Origin: Octopus sinensis | Lineage: Eukaryota | Reading direction: 5' to 3' | Assembly: GCF_006345805.1 (NCBI RefSeq) | Contig: NC_043001.1 | Coordinates: forward strand, 36,518,001 to 36,582,000 | Length of the DNA: 64,000 bases | Shown here: piece after piece, positions 26,486-39,867 of the stretch | How positions within the stretch are numbered: position 1 is the first letter of the stretch | How the letters are laid out: every line of letters starts with the position of its first letter | Made by a program: the position numbers and the translations under genes | Notes under the pieces: generated by a model | Seen by the model: only the letters and a program-made list of their open reading frames with translations | Databases searched by the model: none | What the model was told of the DNA's origin: nothing

Positions 26486-26790
26486 TGTTTCTTTATTAGC
26501 CACACAGGCTGCACACAGATAGAACAAATTACAAGGTAGAGCTTTTCTTTTGAAGGTATTAAAAAAAAAAAAAAAAAGGAAGGGGGAGGTTCGATCAAAA
26601 GGGATCGTAAAAGGAGAGAAAGAGGACAAAAATAAGGGGGGTTAAAAAAAAAAAAGGGGGGAGAGGAAAAAAAATGATCAATAGGGATCGTTATCACAGA
26701 AATGTCAATATGAAGTGTAAAGGGGAGGACAGGTGAGGTTTACCCGTGGAAAGAAAAGCCTGCGGAAAAGACCACGGTAACACAGACAGG
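26400..26790 (-). mobile_element. Probable LINE 3' UTR fragment with AATAAA and (ATCT)n tail
   Basis: Minus strand pyrimidine-rich segment ending CCTGTGTGGCTAATAAAGAAAC directly before (ATCT)n; no coding part visible. Confidence 0.4.
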
Positions 26791-27243
26791 CAAAGAGATA
26801 ATTATTCCGTCTCCTGTATTTTACATGTATGTATCTAGCAACAAAGATCCTGGAAAAAGCCTGCGCTCTCACACATTCATGCATTACTACACAGATACAC
26901 TTATATATTTGTATGTCTGTATATACACGTACCTATATATATCTACATTTGTGTACATGCACACTAATATATGTACATGCACACTATATATATATATATA
27001 TCTATGTGTGTGTACATGCACACTAATATATATATGTATTAGTTGAGTTTGAGGTTAAAATAACCGTCTAAGTGATAAATGTACCCTGAATACTACTGGT
27101 ATATTACTTATATTTAAACATGAGCGAAATATTTAAGCTCATGGAGTATAGGTAAAGACAAGGATAAACAGGAGTTTATCATGAATAAAAATTTAAAGAA
27201 AATAGAACATGCAGATAACATTGGTTAACAACAATTGATTTGT

Positions 27244-27880
27244 ATCAATAATTATTTATTAATAATTTACAAAAGGACTGCATCCCATCTAACAGCTGTT
27301 TCTGATTCCAATGTTCTTTGGAATTACCATTATGATGCTTCATTAAGAGAATATTTATCATAATTGGTTATAAAACCGATGGAGCTTCAACAGAGTGGAA
27401 AACAAGTGAATAAAAAGAAGAGACAAGAAAAGAAGTAGGAAAGGTTGAATATGGCGCGAGTCATGTCATGTTGCGTGTATAGCCATTGGAGGATATGTAA
27501 ATGACCAAAATTCAGAATAAAAGGTGTATTTAGTGGGATGTTCCTATGTACGGAGGGGGCATGTTTAGAAAAATAATAGCTCATAGGAATATTCCACCAA
27601 ATACCTCTTTTATTTTAAATTTTGACCATTTATTTATCGTCCAATGGCTCTGCACGCAACATGACATGACTCTCACCATATTCAACCTTTCCTTCTTTTC
27701 TTCTTTATATTTACTTATTTTCCATTCCGATGAAGCTCCATGATTCAAATCGGTTTTATTACCAATTATGATAAATATTCTTTTAGCATCATAATGGTAA
27801 TTCCAAAGAACATTGGCAGCAGACACAGCTGCTAGATGGGATGCAATATTTTTGTAAATTATCAATAAATATTAATTGAT
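27244..27880. repeat. Large fold-back, arms of about 300 bp with a 33-bp spacer
   Basis: 27244-27548 and 27582-27880 are diverged inverted copies; opposite-strand ORFs are homologous (HRNIP..TQHDMT..IFNLS). Confidence 0.9.
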
Positions 27881-27952
27881 GCTAATCAATTGCTGTTCAT
27901 CAATGCTATCTCCACTTCCATTTTCTGGTACTGCATCAGGACATTTCTTCTT

Positions 27953-28834
<882 letters not shown>

Positions 28835-28892
28835 TTATTATTATTATTATTATTATTATTTTATTATTATTATTATTATTATTATTAAAATT

Positions 28893-28983
<91 letters not shown>

Positions 28984-29180
28984 TTGGGTCTTTTGCGTAG
29001 GCATCAATATACGTATTATTCAAAATGACGCATACAGGAAATTATGTCATGAAATCCATTAGCTTACAAGCGTTTGTGCTATAAAATACAATGCATAGTT
29101 GCATGTTTGTGTATCACCCTATTGCTACCTCGGAGCATCAGGTATGAAATACAGATTTATTTGGGAAAGTATTTACATAT

Positions 29181-29264
<84 letters not shown>

Positions 29265-29369
29265 GTGTGTGTGTGTGTGAGTGAGTGTACATATATAAAC
29301 GAACTAATATTTTTATTAGAAGCTTCGAAATGCGTATTGTATGATAAAAACAAGAAGAAATATTGACCA

Positions 29370-29572
29370 ACGCACAATTGCTGTTAAAACAGCAGAAATG
29401 CTGTTAAAACAGCAGAAATGCTGTTAAAACAGCAGAAATGCTGTTAAAACAGCAGAAATGCTGTGTAAATTACCCTTACAAGGCGAAAATAATTTGTCAG
29501 CAAATAGCCATAGGACTCGAACCCATATCCCCCACAACTTTGAGTAAGGGCTTTACTATTAAGCTAAACATC
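29370..29572 (-). mobile_element. tRNA-derived SINE family D, minus copy
   Basis: Reverse complement TAGCTTAATAGTAAAGC (A-box), GGTTCGAGTCC (B-box), then GCCTTGTAAGGGTAATTTAC. Confidence 0.7.
29379..29464. repeat. Tandem 20-mer TGCTGTTAAAACAGCAGAAA, about 4.3 copies
   Basis: Identical units; each contains the hairpin TGCTGTT-AA-AACAGCA. Confidence 0.95.
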
Positions 29573-29681
29573 ACTCCTGGCAAGTGCGACTCTTCTCATA
29601 ACAACAAATGTTAATTTGTGCATAGTTATACATCTGTAATGTTTTATAAGCTTTTTGTGTCTAAAGCAGCGGATGCATTTG

Positions 29682-29835
29682 TCAGCGTTTAGCTTAATGG
29701 TAAAGCACTCAGCTGAAGTCTTAGGGATGGGTCTATGGGTTCGAGTTTCATGGCTGTTTGATGACGAACTTTTACAGCCTTGTAAGGGTAATTTACCCAG
29801 TAATTCTGTTGTTCTAATGACAATTTTGCGTGCGA
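29682..29835 (+). mobile_element. tRNA-derived SINE family D, plus copy
   Basis: TAGCTTAATGGTAAAGCA, GGTTCGAGTTTC, GCCTTGTAAGGGTAATTTAC; inverted partner of 29370-29572. Confidence 0.7.
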
Positions 29836-29847
29836 AAAAAATTTCTT

Positions 29848-30168
29848 GTCTGTATCGTACAGTATGTATATTTATTATTTAAATGCGGCCATGTTGTGGC
29901 ACCGCCTTGAATTATTATTCGAATGAATCGACTTCAGTACTTATTTTTAAGCCTGGTACTTAGACTATCAGTCTGTTATGCCGAACCTCTAAGCTAGAGG
30001 TGGTGAAGACACACACCAACACCGGTTGTCAAGCGGTGATGAGAGAACAAACAGACACAAAGGCGCACACGCATATATATATATATATAATATGATGGAA
30101 TGTTATTCCAACTTACAGGGAAAAATTCGATTTAGAAATACCAAATCAAATTTCACATGTATATATAT

Positions 30169-30244
<76 letters not shown>

Positions 30245-30666
30245 GTATGTTTAATAGTCTTGACTCACTAATGAGTTAAGACTATTGACAAGGTTGCAAG
30301 ACGCAACGAAGATTTTAGGAAAATAAAAATAAGAAATAAGTGGAAATTTTACCGGTTGTGTGTGTTACATTATAAGGCACAAAAAGAAAATGAACTCTCC
30401 CCAGACACAACAGAATATATATATATATATATATTATTATGCGTGTGTGCCTTTGTGTCTGTTTGCCCTTCCATCACCGCTTGACGACCGGTGTTAATGT
30501 GTCTACACCCCCGTAGCTTAGAGGTTCGGCATAACAGACCGATAGACTAAGTACCAGGTTTAAAAGTAAGTACTGGAGTCGATTCATTCGAATAAAAATT
30601 CAAGGCGGTGCCTCAACAGGGCCGCAGTGAAATTATAAATATATATACAGTACGATACAGACAAGA
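29848..30666. repeat. Inverted duplication of a SINE-B 3' half plus its flank
   Basis: 29848-30075 and 30437-30666 are inverted copies sharing private variants and the flank TCTTGTCTGTATCGTAC. Confidence 0.85.
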
Positions 30667-30860
30667 GTCAAGACTATTGAAAAGGTTGCAAGATGCAACG
30701 AAAATTTTGGGAAAATAAAAATAAGAAATAAGTGGAAATTTTACTGGTGAGTGTGTTACATTATAAAGCACAAAAAGAGAATGACTCTCCCCAGACACAA
30801 CAGAATATGCTTCAACACACGAACTCATATAAAGCATCTTGCAAACCAAATCCGAAAACG
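30278..30860 (+). repeat. Two direct copies of repeat family Y
   Basis: AAGACTATTGA.AAGGTTGCAAGA.GCAACG..CCCCAGACACAACAGAATAT at about 30278-30418 and 30667-30860; same family at 46649-46962. Confidence 0.85.
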
Positions 30861-32113
30861 AAATATATATATATATTACACACACACACACATCCATCCA
30901 TCCATCCATCCATACATACATACATACATACATACATACATACATACATACATACATACATACATACATGCATACATACATACATACATACATACATACA
31001 TACATACGTGCGTACATAGAAAGATAGAAACGTAGGTAGGTAGAAAAACATAGATACAGAGAGAGCGAGAGGGAGGAGAACAGCCTGATTTTTCACTATC
31101 AAATAACGTCATTGATTTCTTCAGTGAAAAATGAAACTTTCAATGAAGTGATTCAGTCCATTAATAACTAAAAAGCAACATCAGTGTTTAAAATCTCACT
31201 GAAGCAATTTCCCTTACTATTTGTTCTACTACAAAAAAAATCCAATAAGCACACACACACAACACACACTCATACATACCTATAAACAAACATATATAAA
31301 TAGATAAATACATGCTTATATACATAACTTTATTTTGATCAACTTTGTGGATGGGTGTGCGTTTAGATACTAGCAAATGGGTTTTGGTGATTAGATGAGT
31401 ATATATACGCTTATGTGCGCGTATGAATATCTGCTAAATAAATGTGTTCGCTGATAAGAATAATCTGCTGTAGCAGTAGGGAAAATGCTGATTAACATCG
31501 TGTTAGGACGAGAAACACACTCTTATCAGCAACGGAAGAAAATTATTCCTTTGATGTTAACTCCCCACTGACACAATGTCTTTATGCTAGACTGGCATGC
31601 GATGCCTCAAACACATAGTTAACATCCGTGATATATATTTCTAAATATGTTAATTTTTCACGTCTACTCTTGTAAAATATGACACATTACTTCAGCAAAT
31701 ACATTAAGTCTGTATGTTACTGAAGAGGTCAACGAAGTCCAAAACATGTCGCGAATTGCCTCCCATGCCTAAGGACATGGTTAAATATATTTTAATCTTT
31801 AGACCATTTTGTTTTGTTTTTTTTTCCTCTCTGTATACTCGTTTCTAATTGGTTATGTATATATAATTGTTATGAGAGAAAATCAATTAAAAGAATTTTA
31901 ATTATTGCAACAAATTTTATTGTTACAATATTCTCTAGCTTGCCTCTATTTGGGTGAGGACACAAACTGCAAGATCTAGGAGTCAAAACACTTTCAATTT
32001 TTGCTGTCTTAAATAAAAGGGTACATCAGGCGCTGTAGCCTATACATAAACACATTTTTATAGTACACGCACACACACAACACACACCACACCACACACA
32101 ACACACACACACC

Positions 32114-32155
<42 letters not shown>

Positions 32156-32232
32156 ATCCAAACATGAACAAAGAGAAAACCCAACAACATGTACAGTGTT
32201 ATTGGACGCTCAGAAAAGGAAAGAAAGAAGGG

Positions 32233-32270
32233 GGATTGAACGTTTCGAGCGGAGCTCTTCGTCAGAAACA
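32233..32270 (-). ncRNA. Minimal type I hammerhead-ribozyme-like motif, core intact
   Basis: Minus strand TGTTT-CTGACGA-A-GAGC-TCC-GCTC-GAAAC-GTT-CAATCC; perfect stem II, weak stem I. Confidence 0.55.
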
Positions 32271-32676
32271 TAGAAAAAGGAAAGGTCCAAGAAGGAAGAT
32301 GAAGAAAGAAAATCGCCAACGATACACACGCGGTCACATATTGAAATATATATATATATATATTATATATATATATAATATATATATAAAATGCATCATT
32401 GATCCTTACTGAACCATATGTGGATACAACTGTTTTTCCGTATCCTAGATTCTGTGGCATATATGTAGTTCCCCGTTTCCTGAAAGGGATACTAGTCCAT
32501 CGCAAGTTTACTCGTGTCCTGTTTTTCAGCTGAATTAGCAGGAGCTACATGAATTGAAGTGTTTTGGTCAAGTTCACAACGCATCAGTCGGTTCAGGGAT
32601 CGAAACCACACTCTTACGATTTGGAATGCAACACCTTAAGCACTACACCACGCGCCTATACACACACACACACACA

Positions 32677-32708
<32 letters not shown>

Positions 32709-33133
32709 ACACACTCACACAAACGCACACATACGTGCGCGTGTGTATATAAATGCTCAGCTTGTAGAATTCAAGTTCGTTGGAGAATGCCAGAAGATGC
32801 CATTCTAAATCCTTCAGAGTTGTATATCCTTCTACTTGAGTCTCCTGTGTACTTAACTCCCTCCATCCAGTATTCACTTCCATGTCTTAAAGCTCCTCAC
32901 TCATGTATTCCGGAGGTTAATGAACCACACTCCAATAGACAATATGGCAGCTGACGTTGCATACAAACAAACTACACACCTTTTACGAGTCATACACACG
33001 CCCAGCCCTTGAGCGGCATGCATAATTAGGCTTTAACACGCATGGTAGCTGCTATCTTCAAGTTAAAGAAAATATATATCTATTTGACTGTTCGTCCTGT
33101 GAATCGTCCGTGAATCAGTGAATCTCTCTATCG

Positions 33134-33167
<34 letters not shown>

Positions 33168-33411
33168 TTCTATATCTCTCTCCTTTTTACTCCGTATCCC
33201 CCCCTCTCTCTCTCAAAGATTCTATAGTTTATATATATAAACCCATACATACAAGTTAGGCTAAAAGTCGCGAACAAAATAAATTCAATTCGCTACGGAA
33301 TTGTCAAAAACATGCTTTAATTTTTCTAAAACTGAATAACGTAAATAGAATAATGATGAATACGCACGTACTTGTACATGATCAACAAATTAAATAAATA
33401 AATAATAATAA

Positions 33412-33597
33412 TCCTTACTTCTATACGCACGAGGTCTGAAACTTTGGAGGAGGCAGCTAGTCGATTACATTGACCCCAATGCGTATGCAGTATTTATTTC
33501 ATCGACCTCGGCGGAATTTGAACTCGGAACGTAGCAACGGATGAAATACGGCTAAGCATTTAGCCGGGCGTGCTAACTGTTCTGCCAGCTCGCCAAC
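33412..33597 (-). mobile_element. SINE family A copy with internal deletion
   Basis: Head, B-box and tail motifs present in reverse complement. Confidence 0.8.
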
Positions 33598-33644
33598 TTA
33601 ATAACAATTACAATACTAAAAATGTAATTATATATAAAATGTCA

Positions 33645-33676
33645 AATGTTGAGTGCGTGACATTTGGCCCACCCTG
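33645..33676. mobile_element. Solo Tc1-like terminus
   Basis: TGACATTTGGCCCACCCTG+TA; reverse complement TA+CAGGGTGGGCCAAATGTC; no partner end found. Confidence 0.4.
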
Positions 33677-33712
33677 TATATATATTTATTTATGTGTTTC
33701 TCTCTGTACATA

Positions 33713-34910
33713 CAGGGGTTGGACAAAATAATGGAAACACCTTAAAATTCCAAACAAATTTATTTTAATATGGGGTAGGGCCGCATTTGGCAGTAATTAC
33801 AGCTTGAATTCTACGAGGTATGGACTCGTATAAAGTTTGAATTCTTTCCAAAGGAATTTTTGTCCATTCTTCAGCTAAAACAGTTTCCAGTTCTTGTAGT
33901 GATGATGGTGGAGAATATCGACTCCTTACTTGTTTTTCTAAAGTGCGCCATAAATGTTCAATAATATTAAGATCTGGGGATTGTATCAGTTGGTGCATTA
34001 TCATCCTGAAGGATTGCGTTTTCCCTCGGAAACAGTTCCCCAAACATAGGATGAATTTGATTAGATTAAATGATTAAATAGTCTTGACTATTAATTCGTC
34101 CATGAAGGGAAACCATTGGGCCGGCGGATTTCCAAGATATAGCCCCCACCCCCACAACTGATCATCACAGAGCCTCCTACATGTTTAATAGCTGGAAGAA
34201 TGCAGTCTGTGTTAAATTATTCTTTTGGCTGTCTCCATACATATACTCGCTCGGTGGTCGGAAATAAGGTAAAGGAGAACTCATACGCTGCTCTAGGGTC
34301 CTGTTCTGTAGTTTTTTATTCCACTCTAAACGCTTTTCAACGTTTGTTTTTGAAAGTAGTTGTTTTCTGATTGCAGCCCTCCCGTGAAATCCAGCTTTGT
34401 GCAGCTCCCAGCAAACACTTTTTTTTGTGGAAACTGGGTTCTTGAGGTGGTCATTAAGCTCTGCAGTAACTTTGAGAGCTGTAGTTTTGTGATACTTTCT
34501 AAGAATTCGCGTAAGAGTCCGACGATCCCTATCTGAAAGTTATGGTTTCCTTCCGGAGTTTTGTTTCGACGAGGAGGTTTTTCCCTCTATCTCAAAGGCT
34601 GTCATTACTTTCGAAACAGTACTTCTTGATGCACCAAATATTTCGGCCGTTTTTCGTTACGCTAGTGCCTGCCAAACGAGCACCAACAATTTGACCTCTT
34701 TGAAAGTCCGATAGATCTGTCATTTTAATGAATTTCTATTACCATTTTCTGATGATATCTGAAAAGAAACAGCAATTTTAGCAAAACACATTAAGAAACA
34801 CTAATAATAATAAAAAACGTAAAAATAAACAAGCTTTTGACGGTTTTATAGATATTTCAAAATTATGATGTTATGATGCTAGGTATTTCCATTATTTTGT
34901 CCAACCCTTG
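33713..34910 (-). mobile_element. Second copy of the Tc1 (Incomer-like) element at 4924-6185
   Basis: Same 29-bp TIRs with TA flanks, 1198 bp; transposase C-terminus SPDLNIIEHLWRTLEKQVRSRY..GPTPY; deletion between the second D and the SPD motif. Confidence 0.93.
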
Positions 34911-35499
34911 TATACATAATAAAGTTTAGATCTGGAGCTGCCAAACGATGTATCTTCGTTTCTTGTATTTGATTTTATGTCGTAAATGTCATATACTTAA
35001 ATATTCTTATGTCATATACTTAAATATATATATATATATATATATACACGCACACATACATACATCATTAATATCTCGCTAAGTCAGTCATCTAAATGTG
35101 AATAGATTCTAAGCCTAAGAGTACTTCACAGCTGCAAACACTAAATATGTATATTTGGATCAATTGTAATTGACGTGTGTTTATGTTTGACAGCTTCTAA
35201 CAGTCATTCGCAATCGAAATATGATCTGCAGAAGAAATATCTAAATATCGCTGTCTTACACATCGTGTGTTGTTGAAAACTCCATGCAATACTTTCCACT
35301 ATGACAATAATGGGAAAATGTCCCTTTAAGATGCCTACCTTGAGGTATTCTGTGCTTTTCAACACTCAGTGTCTTAAAAGGATATTTCTCCTTGGGCTCT
35401 CCTAAGGTTAAGGAACACATAAACAAACCCATGCAGTAAGTATGTGGTATCTTTCAAGTCTACTTTATCAGAGCTGCTTATAATTGATAATTCCTTCGA

Positions 35500-36030
35500 T
35501 GGAAGAGCTATATTACCAATGAAGAGGTTCTGCTCCGAGCCAGACTGCCCAGCATTGAAGCTACAATGAGACATTACCACGTTCACTGGCCAGAACGCAT
35601 CATACGAATGCCGCAAATGCGCCTTCCCCACCAGATCCTCTTTGCGAAGTTGGCCTTAGGCACCAGACAATGCAGAGTCCCCAAATTCTGTTGCCAAGAC
35701 CCGTTCCATTGACCTACTGCCGTTCCATTGACCCGAATACCTAAGGACAAACACCAAGGACCGTCCAAAGTGGTAGTATGTCATCGTCAAGGGAACAGAC
35801 CTGATGGGAAAAAAAGATGTCAAGAGGCAAACATCAGACATCGAAGACGCAAAGAGCGACTCGCATTTCTTCGCCCATGCCAATCCTCCTCTGCGATAAC
35901 TGCCCCCGCCACTCTTCTATACCGCCCTTGACTTGAACAGCTACCTCAATCACAGGTAAACTTTGTACCCATCAGGATGAAGAGGCTCGACCACTCGTTG
36001 CACATCTACTGAGATATGAGTTAATGCTGC
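35500..36030 (+). mobile_element. Old RTE/BovB-like LINE 3' fragment
   Basis: Plus frame from 35500 reads WKSYITNEEVLLRARLPSIEATMRHYHVHWPERIIRMPQMRLPHQILFAKLALGTRQ, typical of the RTE ORF2 post-RT region. Confidence 0.8.
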
Positions 36031-36262
36031 TGCTGAAGACGAATTCATATTTGAATTTTGTTTTACCCGTAGAGCACTGGTGAACATCAGCAAATAAATT
36101 TTACTCTATTTGCATATTTACCACAAGTCAGCGATCATAGTTCGTTCTCAGGAGCGATGTTCCTTTAAGACGTTGAGTGTTGAAAAATACTGAATACCTC
36201 AAACCAGGCGAGACAACACTGATCAAGAACGTGAGATATCGGTATCTTTGCTTCAGCACCAC

Positions 36263-36346
36263 CTGCTCGAGTTGCCATCGTAGCTGTCGTTGGATTGTGG
36301 TGTATATACAAATAGTGTAGAGTTTATTTGTTCATGTGCAACAGCG
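36263..36346 (-). CDS. Candidate exon (phase 2-2)
   Basis: Strong acceptor TTCTTATTCCTGTACAG; only open frame AVAHEQINSTLFVYTPQSNDSYDGNSS; weak donor GTGGTG. Confidence 0.15.
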
Positions 36347-37393
36347 CTGTACAGGAATAAGAAGATTAAATTGTGAAATAGAAGTAGCTCTAATAATGCA
36401 AACATTGGCGATACCACATACGTACTGTATGGCTTTTATTTATGCGTTCCTTAGCTGCGGCTTAGCACCAGGAGAAATATCGCTTTAAGATGCCATGTTT
36501 CAAACCACCGAATACCTACCTGAGAGCAGGCGAGGCAGTCCGTGTCACGGTGCTCAGGAGCTGCAAAATACGGCAAAATATCGATATCCACCGTCCTCGA
36601 TCAGTTACTGGGTAATCTGTTTCTCTTGATTTGAGGCATTCAGTGGTTTACAACAATCGACGCTTTAAAGGGACGTTTCACCTCCTGGCACAACCTCACA
36701 GTCAATGAACACATAAAGAAAACACATTCAGTGTGTGGTATTAATATGTATGTGTATGGGAGTGTAAGTATATATGTGTGTGTGTATACATATAACATGT
36801 AAATGTATGTATGTATGCCTATATATATATTATAAATGTGTGTGTGTGTCTGTATGTGTGTGTATGCGTCTGTGTGTCTGTGTTTAAGCTTGTATATACA
36901 TATATACATATAAAACAGATTCGACAATAAACATGACTATAAATACATGAATACGCCCGTGCATAGTTTCGCTTACTGCACGCACCCACATACGCAGGCA
37001 CGCATGCGCAAACATACTAACACAAACACAAGCTAAATTCACACAATACTTGGGATTTTACATATGGATGGCATGTAAAATGGTATTTTCCCTGCTATGC
37101 TCGACTAAATATAAGGAGCTTGGTTCCCAATCAAAGACAATTCCCATTCCTTAATACTTTGGCGAGGAGCGCAAGGAATATTTAAGCTAAATGACATCCG
37201 GTAAGTTGAGAGTAGCTGAACATGTTATCAAAGGTCAGGGAATTAAGCAAATGGAAAAGAACTGGAATGGTGTAATTCTATAGGTGAAGGAAGCAATTAT
37301 GTCATCTTAAAGGAGATAAAAATATCTTTAGCCCCGCTTCGAAGGGATCGTGTGTGTCTGCTTGTACTGTCAGTTCGCGCACGCATATACATA

Positions 37394-37429
<36 letters not shown>

Positions 37430-38196
37430 TACATATATATACGTACTTACGTATCTACATATATATATATATACTGGGTAAAGGTGTATGTATATATAAA
37501 TGATATATATGTGTTTATGTTTATATACACACACATACATATATTTGTTGTATGTATGTATTAATGCATTACATGTCTGTCTGTCTGTCTGTATGTATGT
37601 ATGTATGTATGTGCCTATGTATGTGTATGTGTGTATATGTATATATAAGAATATACTTATGTATATGTGTGCGTCTGTTTGTGTACGTGGGCATGGTTGT
37701 GTTTTATTACTGGGTGAAGTTTCCCTCTGGGTTCAAATAACGATTAATCTTCCTTCATTCAGAAAGAGATAGAGGGGGAGGGGAGGGAGAGATAACGAGA
37801 GAGACTTTCAAAGAAAGAGTTTTCTGTATTCTTATAAGAATTAAATGTGTTTTGACGCCTACGATAAGTCGATCAAATCCAAAGCTGAATTGACCATTGT
37901 TAGAACATAGAAAAAAATGATAATACTTGCCTTTCCAAGCATACATGCTATATATAGTCTATAGAAGGAGATTAACCAATAAGGGCGTCTCTAATATGAA
38001 CGTTTACCTTTTAGAAAAAATAAGATCTCTCTTTAAATAGCACTGATCCAACGACGATATGATAAGGTTACAATAGTGAATGTAGTGCAACTTAGTCTTT
38101 AAAAATGGCCGAAATGTTTTTCACCCTAGGTCTGCGATATCGAGTTTGAACTGATATGAAACAACGACAAAGATGTCGATATAGCAAAGTGCTTAC

Positions 38197-38281
38197 AGTG
38201 AGTGTGACAGCTGATAATGAGGTGTTTCTACCATCATGATAAGTATTTTTTCGCCATGGTAAACTGTAGGGAAATTGCATT
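38197..38281 (-). CDS. Candidate internal exon
   Basis: Acceptor TTTTAACTTCAG, donor GTAAGC; two open frames (CNFPTVYHGEKILIMMVETPHYQLSHS or MQFPYSLPWRKNTYHDGRNTSLSAVTLT). Confidence 0.25.
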
Positions 38282-38684
38282 CTGAAGTTAAAACATCATA
38301 AACAAATTTGAACTAACGTAAAGTTTATCTATTTCTCATTACCACTTCGCTCTTCTACTTATATATAATAGCTCTGACCGGGTGGTCGGGCGAGCACAAG
38401 TCAGTCACTAGTATTGATTGATCTATTATAAAGGTATGACTTTCTAATCAGCTCAGAATTGCCTTTCTTTAGTATCTCCTACGGATGAAGGCATAACGAG
38501 CTAGAAATACATCTATAGAAGAGAAGACGGTGCTTTATCATAAGCAACAATATTTTCTCAGCGGCAAGCTGCAGTAAGATAGACTTTAGTGGTTAAAATA
38601 CGCGAGAAACATATTTAAACTAACCTAAAGCGTGTTTGAAACATATTTGAACCCTAAGAAGACTATTTACTGCAGTATATATAT

Positions 38685-38727
<43 letters not shown>

Positions 38728-38728
38728 T

Positions 38729-38955
38729 AATCAAAATAAGCAACAAGTATATCCAGAGGTTATGCAGTACGATCGTTTCAAGCAACTCCATTTAATTTAA
38801 CAATGCAATCATTACATCAATTTAAATGATGTAGTTGTTTGAAACTATCGTACTGCATTACCTCTGGATATCCTTGTTGCTTATTTTGATTTTAATCACC
38901 TTATTTTGAAATTGTATGGATGATACCGTACTAAATATATATTCATCTGAATATA
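38729..38955. repeat. Fold-back family X copy in (TA)n
   Basis: Inverted arms about 38729-38790 and 38836-38891. Confidence 0.85.
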
Positions 38956-38970
38956 TATAGATAGATAAAT

Positions 38971-39005
<35 letters not shown>

Positions 39006-39360
39006 TTCACACATAAACACACATACACGCACACACACGCGCATGCATATATATATATATATATATATATAAAGGTAGAAATTCCAGAGTTAAGTGAAAT
39101 ACTTTTGAATAACATGAATAAATTAAGAAACGGAATCAAACGCAAGTGTTATTCAAATCATACCTCCAACATTAGAGGCAGAGCGGGAGATGTAAACAAT
39201 ATCGAACACTCATACACAAGGATTAAGAGAATATATTCTCATCAATCGCTTGATGCTAACTGAAAGTCACAGACAAGGGAGATAACTCGTACCAGGTCCC
39301 ATTTAGGAATGATAGACATTGCTGTTTCGTCATTTTTTGTGACTTGTCAACACTACGTAC

Positions 39361-39399
39361 CCGAACGAGGCCAGACGCAAGTTGGATCACTGTCTATGA
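39361..39399 (-). CDS. Candidate 39-nt exon (phase 1-1)
   Basis: Acceptor CCATTTTGCATTTAG, donor GTACGT, frame IDSDPTCVWPRS. Confidence 0.2.
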
Positions 39400-39867
39400 C
39401 TAAATGCAAAATGGTACGTCCCAACGTGTTATACAAAGGAAAAATTCATATATGAATCAGAAGCAGCTCCAGAGGTATCAATGTATGTATATATATACAT
39501 GTGTGTGGTGTGTATGCGTGTGTATTATATATATATGTGTGTAAATATATATATATTTATATAGAACAAATAGTGAGGGATTTTCTATCCGGGCAGCCTC
39601 TGTTGGGCCACTAGGCTAACAATATTACTTAGATTAGTGAAGAAATCCAAGTAGTCCCTTCACAGAGTGATATATAAGAAACAAGTCAAAATAATCGTCA
39701 TTGGATCAAATATGGCTTGCAGCTGTTTCCGGTAGCCATTATAAATTGGTTTACTAAATTGCTCTATCATTTGAGGTAAATTGAAAGACCTTATATATAT
39801 ATATGTCTATATTTGTGTGTGTGTGTGTGTGTGTATGTATATATGTATTTATATATATATATATTTA

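Noticed and set aside
29379-29464. CRISPR-like palindromic repeat array
   Set aside because: No spacers, eukaryotic context, lies inside a SINE-like copy
29682-29760. Functional tRNA gene
   Set aside because: A and B boxes are present but there is no acceptor-stem pairing, and it continues into a repeat tail
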